DNA of 64,000 nucleotides from Octopus bimaculoides (lineage: Eukaryota). The stretch lies in contig NC_068985.1 of NCBI RefSeq assembly GCF_001194135.2, positions 32,152,121 to 32,216,120 on the forward strand, written 5' to 3'. The position numbers were made by a program, and so were the translations under genes. The notes under the pieces were generated by a model. That model saw only the letters and a list, made by a program, of their open reading frames with translations. It was not told where the DNA came from and did no database searches. Shown one piece after another: positions 62,761 to 64,000 of this stretch (position 1 is the first letter of the stretch; each line of letters opens with the position of its first letter).

Positions 62761-63894
62761 GCCAGGCACCAAGTAGAATTAAAAGTTACATTATCGATAC
62801 AATCCCATGATTAAAGTTCATGCTCAAGTGTGTATTGCTTGTGAGAATCAGACTTATTATGTTTCAGAAGATTTCCCTGTGAATGACTGAATCTAATTTT
62901 TAATCAAAAATAGTTCTTAATATTTAGTAAAATGGGCTCCAGAAGTTGTTTGAAAAAGAAAAAAATGCAAAAGTAAACAGTCTGATTGGCTGAAAAAAGT
63001 CACTGGAACAGCCATATGATTTTGCCAGTTCTCTGTCATTAGCATTCAGATTACTCTGCGAAACATAATGCTTATCTATTCACATTATTTTGAAGTAATC
63101 ATACATTATCTCATAATTTTGAAATTTCAATGGTTTGATGGTTTATTTTTAGAATGGCATTGTAGGATAAGTGTAAAAGGCCAGATATGGTCAGTTTAAA
63201 CATAAAATAAGTAGAATATTTGGGGCTTATCTGGCCAGTTTAAATGTTAAAGGGTTAAATGACAGAGTCAAATAACAGTGGAGACCATTTCAATTCATGT
63301 TGAACTCAAAGTTGTGACAATAGCAACTGAACATAAGCAAAATGGCTACTTGTATGTAAGAAACTCTCAAGTATTTATATATGTGCACGTGTACACCTGT
63401 CTGTGTATCTGTGTGGGGGAGTGACACAATTAGTGAGAAGGATAAAGGTATGTTGCACATTATCAATAGAGTCCATTGATATTATTAATTCATGATCTTG
63501 CTATTATATAAAGCAATCCAATCCTAGTTGACAGTCTTTATATATGTGTATATATGGTTAATTCTACCACCTGCAAGCAAACTCATTGAAAACAATATTT
63601 ATAGTAGCAGTCAGGAAATTATTTAAATGAAATGATTGGAATTTTGTAAATATACTTCCAATTAAACTACAAATGTTGTTATCCTTTCTTTTGTTTCAGT
63701 CATTAGACTGTAGCCATGTTAGGGCACTGCCCTGAAGAACTTTCAGTCAAATGAATCAACCCCAGTACTTTTTTTTAAAGCCTGGTACTTATTTTATTAG
63801 TCTCTTTTGCCGAACCACTAAGTTAAGGGGATGTAAACGCATCAGTATTGGTTGTCAAGAGTGGTGGTGGGGGGACAAACAGACACAAACACAC

Positions 63895-63937
<43 letters not shown>

Positions 63938-64000
63938 TAGATAAACTTACTTGGAAATGGATGCGTGGCATTCAATCATATAATAATATAAATAATATAT

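Noticed and set aside
62455-62814. Repeat array and repetitive ORFs that could be mistaken for CRISPR or a repeat protein
   Set aside because: The units are degenerate and contiguous with no unique spacers, there are no cas genes, and the array lies inside a eukaryotic retroposon.

Overview
This is AT-rich, microsatellite-dense eukaryotic genomic DNA with seven N-gaps: 1673-2046, 3413-3892, 31722-31962, 43520-43973, 45839-46573, 56922-57185 and 61009-61747. The repeat landscape (CORE-type tRNA SINEs, RTE LINEs with (GAT)n tails) suggests an octopod cephalopod; this is an inference. I recognise two host-gene coding exons, neither called correctly by the ORF track. The first is the first coding exon of GSK-3 beta/shaggy (minus strand, 3295-3388, MSGRPRTTSF..., Ser9 intact). 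The second is the first coding exon of a KCTD-family BTB/POZ (T1) gene (plus strand, 39310-39485). The two genes point away from each other, and each lies in a CpG-retaining zone that looks like a bidirectional promoter. Almost everything else is transposon debris: RTE, CR1/L2-like and R4/Dong-like LINEs, Ty3/Gypsy, mariner, Tigger/pogo, hAT, Helitron/Helentron, piggyBac-like MITEs and several SINE families. There is no CRISPR array, operon, rRNA or true tRNA. I cannot support a new biological system from the sequence alone. The best leads are (i) candidate 5' exons and isoforms of GSK3, (ii) a candidate unannotated spliced plus-strand transcript head-to-head with GSK3, and (iii) near-perfect inverted retroposon pairs that could form dsRNA.
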